From Candidatus Latescibacterota bacterium (lineage in GTDB: Bacteria > Latescibacterota > UBA2968): a stretch of 64,000 bases of DNA. Where the stretch lies: NCBI GenBank assembly GCA_965208125.1, contig OZ242320.1, positions 5,248,001 through 5,312,000 on the forward strand, written 5' to 3'. The notes under the pieces are model-generated. The model had not been told where the DNA came from, did not search any database, and worked only from the letters and a program-made list of their open reading frames with translations. Below, piece after piece: positions 46,225-56,109 of this stretch. The position numbers were made by a program, and so were the translations under genes. Every line of letters starts with the position of its first letter. The first letter of the stretch is position 1.

Positions 46225-48000
46225 ATGTCAGAGTCGCTCGGCGACTGGAAACGCACGCACAACTGCGGCGAATTGCGCATCGAAAATGTAGGCGAAGAAG
46301 TCTGTCTGATGGGGTGGGTTGGCAAAAGACGCGACCACGGAGGCGTCATATTTGTCGATTTGCGCGACCGCCACGGCATCACTCAGGTGGTCTTTCGTCC
46401 CGATCTCGAATCAGAGACACACACCATTGCTGAAAAAATCCGCAACGAATTTGTCCTGGCAATTAAAGGCAGAGTTGAACCCCGCCCAGAAGGCATGACA
46501 AACCCCAAATTGCCCACTGGCGCCATTGACATCGAATGTTCAGACCTGCGCCTGCTCAACGAAGCGGACACACCACCATTTGCCATAGAACCCGAAATTG
46601 ACGTCAATGAAGAACTGCGCCTGCGCTATCGCTATCTCGACCTGCGTCGCCCCGATATGCAACAAGCCGTGTTCCTGAGACATAACGCTGCACAGGAGAC
46701 GCGCAAATATTTAATCACTCAGGGTTTTCTCGAAATCGAAACTCCCTTCCTCATGAAAAGCACGCCCGAAGGCGCAAGAGATTATCTCGTTCCATCTCGC
46801 GTTCAAAGGGGCAACTTCTATGCCCTGCCGCAATCGCCTCAAACTTACAAACAGTTGCTCATGATCGCCGGTTATGATCGCTACTTTCAAATCGTGCGCT
46901 GCTTCCGCGATGAAGATCTGCGGGGTGACCGCCAGCCCGAGTTTACCCAAATAGACATAGAAATGGCATTTGTCACAGAAACCGATGTCATGCAGCTCGC
47001 AGAAGGGCTTACGCGTCACCTGTTTGAGCACGTCATAGGCTTTGATATCCCCTCTCCCATACCACAGATGACCTATCGCGAGGCGATTGATCGCTTTGGC
47101 ACCGATCGCCCGGATACGCGCTTCGGCCTTGAAATTGTCGATATTGCAAAAGCTGCTCTCGCTTCGGAATTTCGGGTCTTTAGATCCGTAATTGATTCCG
47201 GTGGGCAAGTCCGCGCCATTAATGCCAAAGGATGTGCAAACTACTCACGCAAACAAATTGATGACCTCACAGCCTTTGTAGCAAAACACGGTGCTAAGGG
47301 ACTCGCCTGGATCAAAGTGACCGACCAGGGCCTCGAATCATCAATCGTCAAGTTCTTCCCCGATCAAGCCCAACAAATGCTCAGAGAATCACTCGACGCG
47401 CAGATGGGAGACCTGCTTTTATTTGTCGCTGATCAACCCGCAGTCGTCGCAAACGCACTGGGCAATCTGCGCTTAGAACTCGCGCGACAACAAGACCTCC
47501 TGGAGGCTGGTGACTTTAGTTTTTTATGGGTGACGCAGTTCCCCCTCCTCGAATTTGATGACATTGAAAAACGCTACGTTGCCTGTCATCATCCTTTTAC
47601 TTCCCCCATGGAAGCGGACCTCAATGAGCTTGAAACAGCCCCAGGTGATGTTCGCGCCAGAGCTTATGATCTCGTTCTCAATGGCAACGAAATCGCTGGC
47701 GGAAGTATTCGTATCCACCATAGGGAAATCCAGGAGCGCGTATTTCGCATGTTGGGGATATCCGAAAGCGAGTCGCGGGAAAAATTCGGCTTCTTACTCG
47801 ACGCCTTTCGATACGGCGCGCCTCCTCATGGCGGCATCGCGTTTGGATACGACCGCCTCATCGCCCTCATGGCCGGCAAAGCGTTTATCCGCGATGTCAT
47901 TCCATTTCCGAAAACCAATACAGCAGCATCGCTCATGGATGGGGCACCATCTATAGTAGATCCCGTCCAACTCCGCGAACTCGGTTTGCGATTATTGTAA
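46225..48000 (+). CDS. aspS: Aspartate--tRNA ligase
   Basis: RTHNCGEL, LRYRYLDLRR, ALPQSPQ, CFRDEDLR and PPHGGIAFG motifs. Confidence 0.97.
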   Translation: MSESLGDWKRTHNCGELRIENVGEEVCLMGWVGKRRDHGGVIFVDLRDRHGITQVVFRPDLESETHTIAEKIRNEFVLAIKGRVEPRPEGMTNPKLPTGAIDIECSDLRLLNEADTPPFAIEPEIDVNEELRLRYRYLDLRRPDMQQAVFLRHNAAQETRKYLITQGFLEIETPFLMKSTPEGARDYLVPSRVQRGNFYALPQSPQTYKQLLMIAGYDRYFQIVRCFRDEDLRGDRQPEFTQIDIEMAFVTETDVMQLAEGLTRHLFEHVIGFDIPSPIPQMTYREAIDRFGTDRPDTRFGLEIVDIAKAALASEFRVFRSVIDSGGQVRAINAKGCANYSRKQIDDLTAFVAKHGAKGLAWIKVTDQGLESSIVKFFPDQAQQMLRESLDAQMGDLLLFVADQPAVVANALGNLRLELARQQDLLEAGDFSFLWVTQFPLLEFDDIEKRYVACHHPFTSPMEADLNELETAPGDVRARAYDLVLNGNEIAGGSIRIHHREIQERVFRMLGISESESREKFGFLLDAFRYGAPPHGGIAFGYDRLIALMAGKAFIRDVIPFPKTNTAASLMDGAPSIVDPVQLRELGLRLL

Positions 48001-48034
48001 TCGCAGAGGGTTATAACACATTCAAAACTTTTTC

Positions 48035-48063
48035 TTGACTTTCTGTATTTTATGTAGTACTTT
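48035..48063 (+). promoter_or_regulatory. Putative sigma-70 promoter
   Basis: TTGACT-17-TACTTT in an AT-rich spacer. Confidence 0.45.
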
Positions 48064-48157
48064 GTCTAAAAGCTGTATTATCAGGATTTTTGATTTTGTC
48101 CTAAACTCTTGATAATTTAGATACTTACGTTAATATTTCTGAGGAGGCAGTCGGGTT

Positions 48158-48403
48158 ATGAAAAGACTCAAAAAAGCGGCAGGTTGTGGTCTGTTACTCG
48201 TTCTGTTATCTGGATGTTGCACGCCAATGGCCTCAAGATCGCAACTCCAAATGCTTGAAGAAACGCGTAAAGCCGCAGAATCGGCTGAAGCCGACCTCGC
48301 AGCTTGCAAGCAACACCGGGCCGAGTTGGAACGCCAATTGGCACAGAAAAAACAGGTTCTGGCCGAGTGGCAAAATATCTTAAGTCAGTGCAACAGATCT
48401 TGA
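48158..48403 (+). CDS. Small coiled-coil lipoprotein
   Basis: GAGGAGG RBS; lipobox LLSGC; heptad helix. Confidence 0.7.
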   Translation: MKRLKKAAGCGLLLVLLSGCCTPMASRSQLQMLEETRKAAESAEADLAACKQHRAELERQLAQKKQVLAEWQNILSQCNRS

Positions 48404-48444
48404 GCCAGTAATTTTCTTTTGGTGTGTGGAAAGGAGTTGGTCGG

Positions 48445-49287
48445 ATGACAGGTTTGAAACTTTTCGGGTTCTTTCTCGTTTGTTGCGCAGTCACCCTTTT
48501 GGTTTTTCCTCAAAAGGGAATCGCCCAAATGGAAATGACCTATGATGAATACAGGATGAAACTTACAGAACAGGAGCAACGGCTTGCAGAACTCAAAAAG
48601 TCTTTGCTTGAATGCCAAACAGCATCTAATGACCTTTCGAGCCAGATTTCGAGCCTGGATACCCAGATCAGTGAAATCAAACAGCAAGTCTATAGTCTCG
48701 TTGAGTCCGACGAAGCAGGGGTCAACGAATATATGCAAGAACTCGGTCGCATTGAAGGCCGCCTCATGGGCTTGCGCAGCCTGGCAGAAGATGCCCTTTT
48801 TGAAGTTCGAGATGAAATTGATCAAATAGAAGCCCGCGTATCAGAGCTTAAAGCAGACAAAAGAGCCTGTTTTCCAGATGCACAGGCAAAACTGGCGAGT
48901 ATTGATCAATTACTTGAGCAAGTCAAAGCGCGGATGCCTCGCAAGCGCATTCGGCAATATTCGGTCGTCAGAGGTGATAATCTCTGGAAAATCGCCAAAA
49001 AAGACGATATTTACGGCGATCCTTATCTCTGGCCCCGTATCTATGTCGAAAACCGGGATAAAATTAAACATCCCGATATAATTTATCCCAAGTGGGTTCT
49101 CAATATTCCATTTGGTGTCGATATCAATCAACATCTCGTAATGAGTGGCGAAAATCTCTCGTCCATCGCTGGCAAGGTGTACAATGATGTCACCAAATGG
49201 AATCGGATCTACCAGGCTAACAAAACACAGATCTTTGACCCGAGCATGATTTTCCCTGCTCAAGTATTCGATATTCCGGCAAACTGA
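48445..49287 (+). CDS. Secreted coiled-coil protein with two C-terminal LysM domains
   Basis: Signal peptide; YSVVRGDNLWKIA and HLVMSGENLSSIA LysM motifs; AAGGAG RBS. Confidence 0.85.
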   Translation: MTGLKLFGFFLVCCAVTLLVFPQKGIAQMEMTYDEYRMKLTEQEQRLAELKKSLLECQTASNDLSSQISSLDTQISEIKQQVYSLVESDEAGVNEYMQELGRIEGRLMGLRSLAEDALFEVRDEIDQIEARVSELKADKRACFPDAQAKLASIDQLLEQVKARMPRKRIRQYSVVRGDNLWKIAKKDDIYGDPYLWPRIYVENRDKIKHPDIIYPKWVLNIPFGVDINQHLVMSGENLSSIAGKVYNDVTKWNRIYQANKTQIFDPSMIFPAQVFDIPAN

Positions 49288-49369
49288 CCTCAACCTTTTC
49301 GATCCCAGAATTTGGATCTTTCATAAATCCAATGGAAGGTTCATCTATCAACCTCTAACTCTAAAATAG

Positions 49370-49412
49370 AACTCTCATTCCCGTAGTCTGTTTGGGAATG
49401 AGAGTTTTCTTT
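49370..49412 (+). terminator. Hairpin / intrinsic terminator
   Basis: AACTCTCATTCCC / GGGAATGAGAGTT followed by T-rich sequence. Confidence 0.65.
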
Positions 49413-49428
49413 TTTAAATACTCAAATC

Positions 49429-50412
49429 GTGGAAAATAGAGAACTCTCCCATAGACTATCGTTGCGCGGTGTTGACCTCCTATCGTTATACGGTCACAAC
49501 GATGCGAATTTGCTCGCCCTTGAAGACCGCTATGGCGTGCGTTTAACCGCCCGAGGGGATCAGCTAAATGTCCAGGGACCACAACACAAAGTTCAACACG
49601 TCTCTGGTCTATTAGAAGAAATGATTTCGTGCCTTCGGCGCGGCGATCAGTTTGACCCTCTGCATCTGCTTGCGCCACCGCCAGAGAATTGCGAATCTGA
49701 AATTGGCGAATATGCAAAGCCCATTCTTTCAACGCCCAAAATCCTCATTCGCCCCCGCTCACGGACTCAGGTTGCTTACTCGGCAGCTATAGAAGACCAC
49801 GATATTGTTTTTGGCATTGGACCTGCGGGCACGGGCAAAACTTATCTGGCAGTCGCAGCGGCTGTTGCTGCACTGAAAAGCAAACACATCTCCAGAATTA
49901 TTCTGACGCGACCAGCCGTAGAAGCTGGAGAAACCCTGGGATTTCTTCCGGGAGATATACAGGATAAAGTCGATCCTTATTTGCGCCCACTCTACGACGC
50001 ACTGCGCGACATGTTACCCGATACACAATTGCAACACCTTATGGAGATGCACACACTTGAAATTGCACCGCTTGCATTTATGAGAGGACGCACCCTGAAT
50101 AACGCTTTTGTTATTCTCGACGAGGCTCAGAATACCACCGTCAACCAGATGAAGATGTTTCTCACCCGTCTGGGCAACAATGCCAAGGCCGTAATTACGG
50201 GTGATATAACACAAATAGACCTGCCACCGGGTATTAAGTCCGGACTTATACACGTCCAGCACATCCTATCTCATATAGAAGCCATCAAATTTGTCAGCTT
50301 TTCAGAAAAAGATGTCGTACGACACGCATTGGTCCAACAAATTATAACAGCTTATGAGCAAAGCGAACATTCCCCTGAACCAGATGTAGAAGAGGCTCTG
50401 CCAAAGCCATGA
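49429..50412 (+). CDS. phoH: PhoH-like ATPase (YbeZ)
   Basis: GPAGTGKTYLA, RPAVEAGE, FMRGRT and DEAQN motifs. Confidence 0.92.
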   Translation: MENRELSHRLSLRGVDLLSLYGHNDANLLALEDRYGVRLTARGDQLNVQGPQHKVQHVSGLLEEMISCLRRGDQFDPLHLLAPPPENCESEIGEYAKPILSTPKILIRPRSRTQVAYSAAIEDHDIVFGIGPAGTGKTYLAVAAAVAALKSKHISRIILTRPAVEAGETLGFLPGDIQDKVDPYLRPLYDALRDMLPDTQLQHLMEMHTLEIAPLAFMRGRTLNNAFVILDEAQNTTVNQMKMFLTRLGNNAKAVITGDITQIDLPPGIKSGLIHVQHILSHIEAIKFVSFSEKDVVRHALVQQIITAYEQSEHSPEPDVEEALPKP

Positions 50413-52664
50413 TGTTCTTTAGAAAACGTCAGCGCGAACGCACGCGTCGGACGAAACAACAGTGGAAACAGCGCGGAAAGCAAGCTTTTCGCATTGCATT
50501 GATGCTCGCCCTCTTAGGCGTACTAACCGTCTTGTTTCCCACGCAACAGCATTACGAGTACAGTGCCTTCCGCGAAGGCGCGATTGCGCCAGATGAAGTC
50601 ATTGCATCCGAATCATTCCCCGTGTACAAAAGCGAAGAAGCATACCAGGATGAAGTCGCAGAAGCTCGCCGCCAGATTTTGCCGGTTTTGCGCTATGATA
50701 GCACAGTGCAGCAAAGCAAACTGAACGCATATAAAACATTTCTAAACGACATAAAAAAGCACCTGGGCTCTGGGGTAAGCGAATCGCTCTCACAAGAGCT
50801 ACGGCTTTCACACCCGGAAATTAGCCCCCTGTCGGAATCCACCCTGAAACATCTCATACCCGTATCTCGAAGGCGATCAGCCAGCCGCAGTACATTGACC
50901 ACCGCAGTTGAGAAAATTCTTCAAAGCACCTACCAGAACGGGATTATTGACCAGGAAATAAATACCGTCGAAGAAGGGTACGCAGAGGTTATACTACTTA
51001 ATAATGGCTCAGAACGCCAAATTAGCCTTGAAGAACTGGCCGATATAGAAAATTTTACCTCGGAACTCCAACAAACCATAGAACAACAATTGCCGAAGGC
51101 AAGTGCTATGGAAATGAGAGCTGGCAGTGAACTGGTTCTGGCCTATCTATCCCCCAACATTGCCTATGATGCTACCGAAACGCAGAGGCGAAGAGATGAG
51201 GCAGCCAGCAATGTCTCACGTACCAAACCAGGGACAGTCCTCAAAGGCGAACGCATTATTGACAAACACGACCGCATCACATCTGACGACATAGACAAAC
51301 TCAGGTCACTGGCCGAACATATTAACCAGCGCCGCCAACAAGACCCATTCATTGACCTCATTCAACGAGGTGCTGGACTATCGCTTTGCGCGTTGACGCT
51401 AATAATATTTTTTGCATTTCTAAAATTTTATCGTCCTGACCTTTATCGCCCGTCCAAAAACATCGTACTGTTTGGCCTTATTATTTTACTTCCTACGGCC
51501 GTGGCTGATTACGCCGCCCAAAGTCAGGCCATATCGCCTTTTCTCATCCCCGTCGCACTATCTGCAATGCTGGCAACCGTGCTCTTTGATGCCGTCATCG
51601 GCATGGTGATCGCCCTTGTCGTCACAACGCTTTGTGCCAGCATTCTCGGCGAACTCCAATACGGAATCATCTTTCTCACCACAGGCATTATTGGCGCATT
51701 TTCGGTACATCAGGTACGCCATCGCAGAGATTTTTACCGTCCGGGTTTGTATCTGATTGCCGCTTATGCTCTGACAATTACCTCTACCGTTGGACTACTT
51801 TTTTCTTATGCCAACACCACCGAGTTTCTCGCGGAAATACGCGGGGATTTATTCTGGGGCATTGTGGCTGCCTGCGGTTCCTTAATCCTCACCATTGGAT
51901 TACTGCCCGTATTCGAAAGTGTTTTCAATGTCGTAACATCAATGACATTGCTCGAATTGGCGGACTTAAATCGCCCGCTGTTGCGCAATTTGGCCCTTCG
52001 CGCTCCTGGAACCTTTAGCCACAGCATAAACATGGCCAACCTCTCGGAAGAAGCCGCGGTCGCAATAGGCGCAGACCCCTTGCTCGCGCGCGTTGGGTGT
52101 TATTACCACGATATTGGGAAAATGAGACGCCCACACTATTTTATAGAAAATCAGCATGGCGTGAATCCCCACGATGAGTTGCAACCTCAAATAAGTGCCC
52201 TGATTCTCATCTCTCATGTCAGGGACGGGATCGAATTGGCGAAAGAAGAAGGCCTTCCTCTTGCAATTATTGATCTCATCCCACAGCACCATGGAACTTC
52301 AGAAATGACTTCGTTTAAGCATCAGGCACAACTCATAGACGAACAGGCGGTCCGTGATGCCGACTTCCACTATCCTGGCCCCAAACCCCAGACCAAAGAA
52401 GCGGGCATTATTAACCTCGCAGACGCTATTGAATCTGCGACGCGGTCTCTGCCCAACAATGATCCAGACGAAATTAAAAAACTCGTCCAAACAATCGTCA
52501 AAGGTCGTTATGATGCTGGAGAATTGGATGAATGCGATCTTACATTGCGCGACCTGACCAGAATTCAGGAAGCCTTTTTACCCGTCTTGCAGGCTTCGCA
52601 TCATCATCGAGTCCCCTACCCATGGCAAGTGCAACAACAAGAACGACAAGCTGCGAGCAGATGA
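50409..52664 (+). CDS. 7TM-HD (HDIG) phosphohydrolase, PgpH-like
   Basis: Extracellular domain and multiple TM helices; APGTFSHS, YYHDIGK, QHHGT, YPGPKP and LADAIE motifs. Confidence 0.88.
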   Translation: MMFFRKRQRERTRRTKQQWKQRGKQAFRIALMLALLGVLTVLFPTQQHYEYSAFREGAIAPDEVIASESFPVYKSEEAYQDEVAEARRQILPVLRYDSTVQQSKLNAYKTFLNDIKKHLGSGVSESLSQELRLSHPEISPLSESTLKHLIPVSRRRSASRSTLTTAVEKILQSTYQNGIIDQEINTVEEGYAEVILLNNGSERQISLEELADIENFTSELQQTIEQQLPKASAMEMRAGSELVLAYLSPNIAYDATETQRRRDEAASNVSRTKPGTVLKGERIIDKHDRITSDDIDKLRSLAEHINQRRQQDPFIDLIQRGAGLSLCALTLIIFFAFLKFYRPDLYRPSKNIVLFGLIILLPTAVADYAAQSQAISPFLIPVALSAMLATVLFDAVIGMVIALVVTTLCASILGELQYGIIFLTTGIIGAFSVHQVRHRRDFYRPGLYLIAAYALTITSTVGLLFSYANTTEFLAEIRGDLFWGIVAACGSLILTIGLLPVFESVFNVVTSMTLLELADLNRPLLRNLALRAPGTFSHSINMANLSEEAAVAIGADPLLARVGCYYHDIGKMRRPHYFIENQHGVNPHDELQPQISALILISHVRDGIELAKEEGLPLAIIDLIPQHHGTSEMTSFKHQAQLIDEQAVRDADFHYPGPKPQTKEAGIINLADAIESATRSLPNNDPDEIKKLVQTIVKGRYDAGELDECDLTLRDLTRIQEAFLPVLQASHHHRVPYPWQVQQQERQAASR

Positions 52665-53086
52665 ATACACTTGAAATTACGACTTTAGTCAATGTGTGCG
52701 ATTTGGATATCCCTCAATTAGAAGCTGTAGTGAAACAACTTCTTTCAGATAACGACATGCATCTTCCCGTTTCGTGCGTTCTAACCCATGATGTCCATAT
52801 CAGACAACTCAACAAGAAATATCGAAACATAGACAAAACAACTGATGTTCTTTCATTTGAGCTTTCCGATGCGATTCATCCAGAGGCGCATTATTGTGGA
52901 GAGATATACATTTCAGTAGATCGCGCACGACAGCAAGCAAAAACGCATAACCAGTCCCTACAGACAGAAATAACTCACCTGGCAGTGCATGGTACTCTGC
53001 ATTTGCTGGGATTTGAACACGATACCCCCGAAGGGTATGCGCAAATGCTAAACGAAGAAAAAAAATACCTGACCCTGATAGAATAG
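52661..53086 (+). CDS. ybeY: rRNA maturation endoribonuclease YbeY
   Basis: LNKKYR...TDVLSF, GEIYIS and HGTLHLLGFEH motifs. Confidence 0.92.
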   Translation: MNTLEITTLVNVCDLDIPQLEAVVKQLLSDNDMHLPVSCVLTHDVHIRQLNKKYRNIDKTTDVLSFELSDAIHPEAHYCGEIYISVDRARQQAKTHNQSLQTEITHLAVHGTLHLLGFEHDTPEGYAQMLNEEKKYLTLIE

Positions 53087-53133
53087 TCCGCGCTTATGCC
53101 CTTGCTACAAACAATCATTCCCCCGAAAGGAGC

Positions 53134-54450
53134 GTGATTTTTTTGGACGATCCTTGGCCAGCAATCTTTATAACTATCGCTTCTATAGTCCTCACAGCAG
53201 CTTTCTCCAGGCTTGGCTCAATTGTTGTTTCGCGCACAACCCTCGAACGCCTGCACGAAGAAAAAATAGGACGTGCAGGACTCTACCTCTGGCTCTACCG
53301 CTCCCGCGATTTTGTCTCACAAATGGTTTTGCTCGGTCAGACAATCACCATATCCATAGGTGCTCTGGCACTGCTTTCCATTCTTTTGCAGACGTTAAAA
53401 CCGGGTATCTGGCTGTACCCCGGCTCAGCATTGCTCATCGCACTTTATGTATTTATCGCCCTGATCATTCGCAGCATTGTCCCTCCCTACCGGAGGGAAG
53501 AGGGATCAGACCGTCCGCTGCCCTTTTTGCCGTTATGTTTTTTGCCCTTTTACTTTCTTCTTGTCCTTCCCACACTGCTATTGCAAAAAGCGCAAACTGT
53601 CTTCTTGAGCGAAGACGATAGCAGGGCACTAAAAGAAGAGGAATTGCGAAATATCGTCGAGTCGGAAACAGAAGAAGGCACAATCGAAGCAGAAGAAAGG
53701 GAAATGATTGAAGGTATCTTTGAATTTGACGAAACAACGGTCAAAGAGGCCATGATCCCCCGCATAGATATAATTTCTGCTGAGGTAACGGCCACGCCCA
53801 AAGAGCTTCTCGAACTAATCCAACAATCCGGGCACTCGCGAATTCCCATCTATGAAGAACGAATCGACAACATCAAAGGCGTCGTCTATGTCAAAGATAT
53901 CTTGCTCAATCTGGCGACCAACCAGCCGTGGTCTATCCCAGAGATCATGCGTACGCCATACTTTGTGCCTGAAAACAAAACACTCGCCGATTTAATGGCC
54001 GAATTTAAGCGCGAAAAAGTACACATGGCGATTGTTGTCGGGGAATATGGCGGAACGTCTGGCCTTATTACAATGGAAGATATTATCGAAGAAATTGTCG
54101 GTGAAATTCAAGATGAACACGACGATGAAGAACCGCTTTTTGAATGGCGCGAAAAGGGCAAAATACTCGTAGCAGATGCGCGCATTGACATCGAAGACCT
54201 CAATATCGTGCTCAACGTCGAACTGCCACAAAACGGATACGAAACGCTCGGCGGATTTATATACAACGTACTTGGACACGTACCTCAGGTAGATGAAAAT
54301 TTAGAGCACGGAAATCTATTGATTGAAATCCTCGATGTCGTAGGACAGCGCATCACACGGGTGAAAATTACCAAACGCGGAGAGCCTTCACAGGACGAGC
54401 CAAAACGCGGTGAAGAGATACAAATGCAAAACGACAAACCGCAGAAATAG
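53134..54450 (+). CDS. CorC/HlyC (CNNM-CBS) family protein
   Basis: TM region; CBS pair (GHSRIPIY, EYGGTSGLITMED); CorC_HlyC domain (YETLGGFI). Confidence 0.88.
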   Translation: MIFLDDPWPAIFITIASIVLTAAFSRLGSIVVSRTTLERLHEEKIGRAGLYLWLYRSRDFVSQMVLLGQTITISIGALALLSILLQTLKPGIWLYPGSALLIALYVFIALIIRSIVPPYRREEGSDRPLPFLPLCFLPFYFLLVLPTLLLQKAQTVFLSEDDSRALKEEELRNIVESETEEGTIEAEEREMIEGIFEFDETTVKEAMIPRIDIISAEVTATPKELLELIQQSGHSRIPIYEERIDNIKGVVYVKDILLNLATNQPWSIPEIMRTPYFVPENKTLADLMAEFKREKVHMAIVVGEYGGTSGLITMEDIIEEIVGEIQDEHDDEEPLFEWREKGKILVADARIDIEDLNIVLNVELPQNGYETLGGFIYNVLGHVPQVDENLEHGNLLIEILDVVGQRITRVKITKRGEPSQDEPKRGEEIQMQNDKPQK

Positions 54451-54505
54451 CTTGACAATAGCCCCAAAATCCCGTTCCTTTTTAATGCTTATCTGGACAT
54501 AAGGT

Positions 54506-54582
<77 letters not shown>

Positions 54583-54591
54583 AAAAATAAG

Positions 54592-54626
54592 AAAGCCCGT
54601 CAATCGGTGATGATCGACGGGCTTTT
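54592..54626. terminator. Bidirectional terminator
   Basis: AAAGCCCGTC / GACGGGCTTT. Confidence 0.75.
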
Positions 54627-54667
54627 GTAAATCCTGATCCGCCCTTAATCCGCGTTCATCATCTTCA

Positions 54668-55045
54668 TCAGGCATCGAGCAAGGATCGAAACGCAGCTTT
54701 GAAATTGTGTGGTGCACTCCGCCAAAGTTGAATACCCTCAATAATATCATCGGTTTCTGATTTGAATATCGGTTGCAATGCTTTCCTCAATTCGGCGACT
54801 TCTATTGTCCCCTGACCTGCTTTTTGATCCGTCAACAAATCTTCGACACTTCTGCCCAACACATCTGCAATTTTTGCCAACACAGGAATTGATCCGCGCT
54901 GCTTGCCCTTTCGAATATCGCTAAAATAGGGCGCACTAATCCCAACCATCTTGGCGATCTCCTGACCCTGTAAACCCGATTCGCGTTGCCAGCGCCGAAT
55001 CTTCTCACCCGCTATTTGTTTATCGTAAAGCGCTCGCCTTGTCAT
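54668..55045 (-). CDS. XRE-family HTH transcriptional regulator
   Basis: GEKIRRWQRESGLQGQEIAKMVGISAPYFSDI; GGAG RBS; ATGA overlap with upstream gene. Confidence 0.8.
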   Translation of the reverse strand: MTRRALYDKQIAGEKIRRWQRESGLQGQEIAKMVGISAPYFSDIRKGKQRGSIPVLAKIADVLGRSVEDLLTDQKAGQGTIEVAELRKALQPIFKSETDDIIEGIQLWRSAPHNFKAAFRSLLDA

Positions 55046-55803
55046 GCATACACTCCTTTTTTCAAGTGAGAATGCTTCTCCACCTCGACCAACCACGCAA
55101 TATCATTCAGATCGTGAAACGCGATATCCTCGGCTCCAATGCCACACGCACTGAGATTGGACGCGATGCTGTCTTGCGTCCACCTTGCAGACCAAAAACC
55201 CTCAGCAGTCGCCACAAATCGCGACCCCAAAGGCGTCACAACGCGTTGCCCTGTATGCTCGTAGAAATCGACTTGCGCGGCCTCAGTTTCCGGCACATCC
55301 TTATACATGGTGAAAAATGCGGAACCGCCTATTTTGAGAGCGCAATAAAACCGAGAAATCGTCTGAATAAACCGCGGATTGCGGTCGAGATAAGCGTCGC
55401 TGTACAGGCTGAGGTTATCGGATTTGTCTCTGATATTGCCCGGGGTAAAATACAGGCAGAAAACGAGATCGTAAAACTCCTCCTCAACTACTGCCTCGGC
55501 TGCGTCACAGATAAAGATCTGCGCGTTGTCAATCCGTTCTTTTGCCCACAACGCGCGTGCGTCTTCAGCCATTTCGGGCGATATTTCAAAGCCGTGATAC
55601 AAAAGACTGTGCGGCGCGAATAACACGGCGTGATAGCCATTGCCACATCCAATATCCGCAATTTTGTATGGACCATGCCGAAGTCGCTCAATTAGAATCT
55701 CGTCCTGCCTTTGCCGAGCCTGCCTGATCGGTTCAGGACAATAGGACGACTCAAGCGCGCGCTTGACAGCTTCATTTTCGAATTCCAGCGATATATGACT
55801 CAC
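55042..55803 (-). CDS. Class I SAM-dependent methyltransferase
   Basis: IADIGCGNG, GFEIS, CDA and YDLVFC motifs. Confidence 0.8.
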   Translation of the reverse strand: MSHISLEFENEAVKRALESSYCPEPIRQARQRQDEILIERLRHGPYKIADIGCGNGYHAVLFAPHSLLYHGFEISPEMAEDARALWAKERIDNAQIFICDAAEAVVEEEFYDLVFCLYFTPGNIRDKSDNLSLYSDAYLDRNPRFIQTISRFYCALKIGGSAFFTMYKDVPETEAAQVDFYEHTGQRVVTPLGSRFVATAEGFWSARWTQDSIASNLSACGIGAEDIAFHDLNDIAWLVEVEKHSHLKKGVYA

Positions 55804-56049
55804 GATTTCCCTCTTTGCTCACTCAACTTCGGTTTTTGCTTAGACAATTAATTATTCATGCAGAAATCTACTATACAGGTCAAGTTGTAAATATCGACTA
55901 TTTATATACCCTCATCCCATAACTGTATCATTTTTACAACACATGTGCTAAAAAGGCACACCTGCTACTTTCCTGTACAAATGGCACAATATAATATAAA
56001 ATCATATAAAAACAGGCACTTATAACATTTCTTTCCTGAACGTAATTTA

Positions 56050-56065
56050 CGGCACAGATTTTGCA
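56050..56065 (+). promoter_or_regulatory. Putative sigma-54 (-24/-12) promoter
   Basis: CGGCAC-AGATT-TTGCA with exact GG-N10-GC spacing. Confidence 0.6.
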
Positions 56066-56109
56066 TACTATAGTCAATAGCCGGGGTCATACACTTTCAG
56101 GAGGTTACC

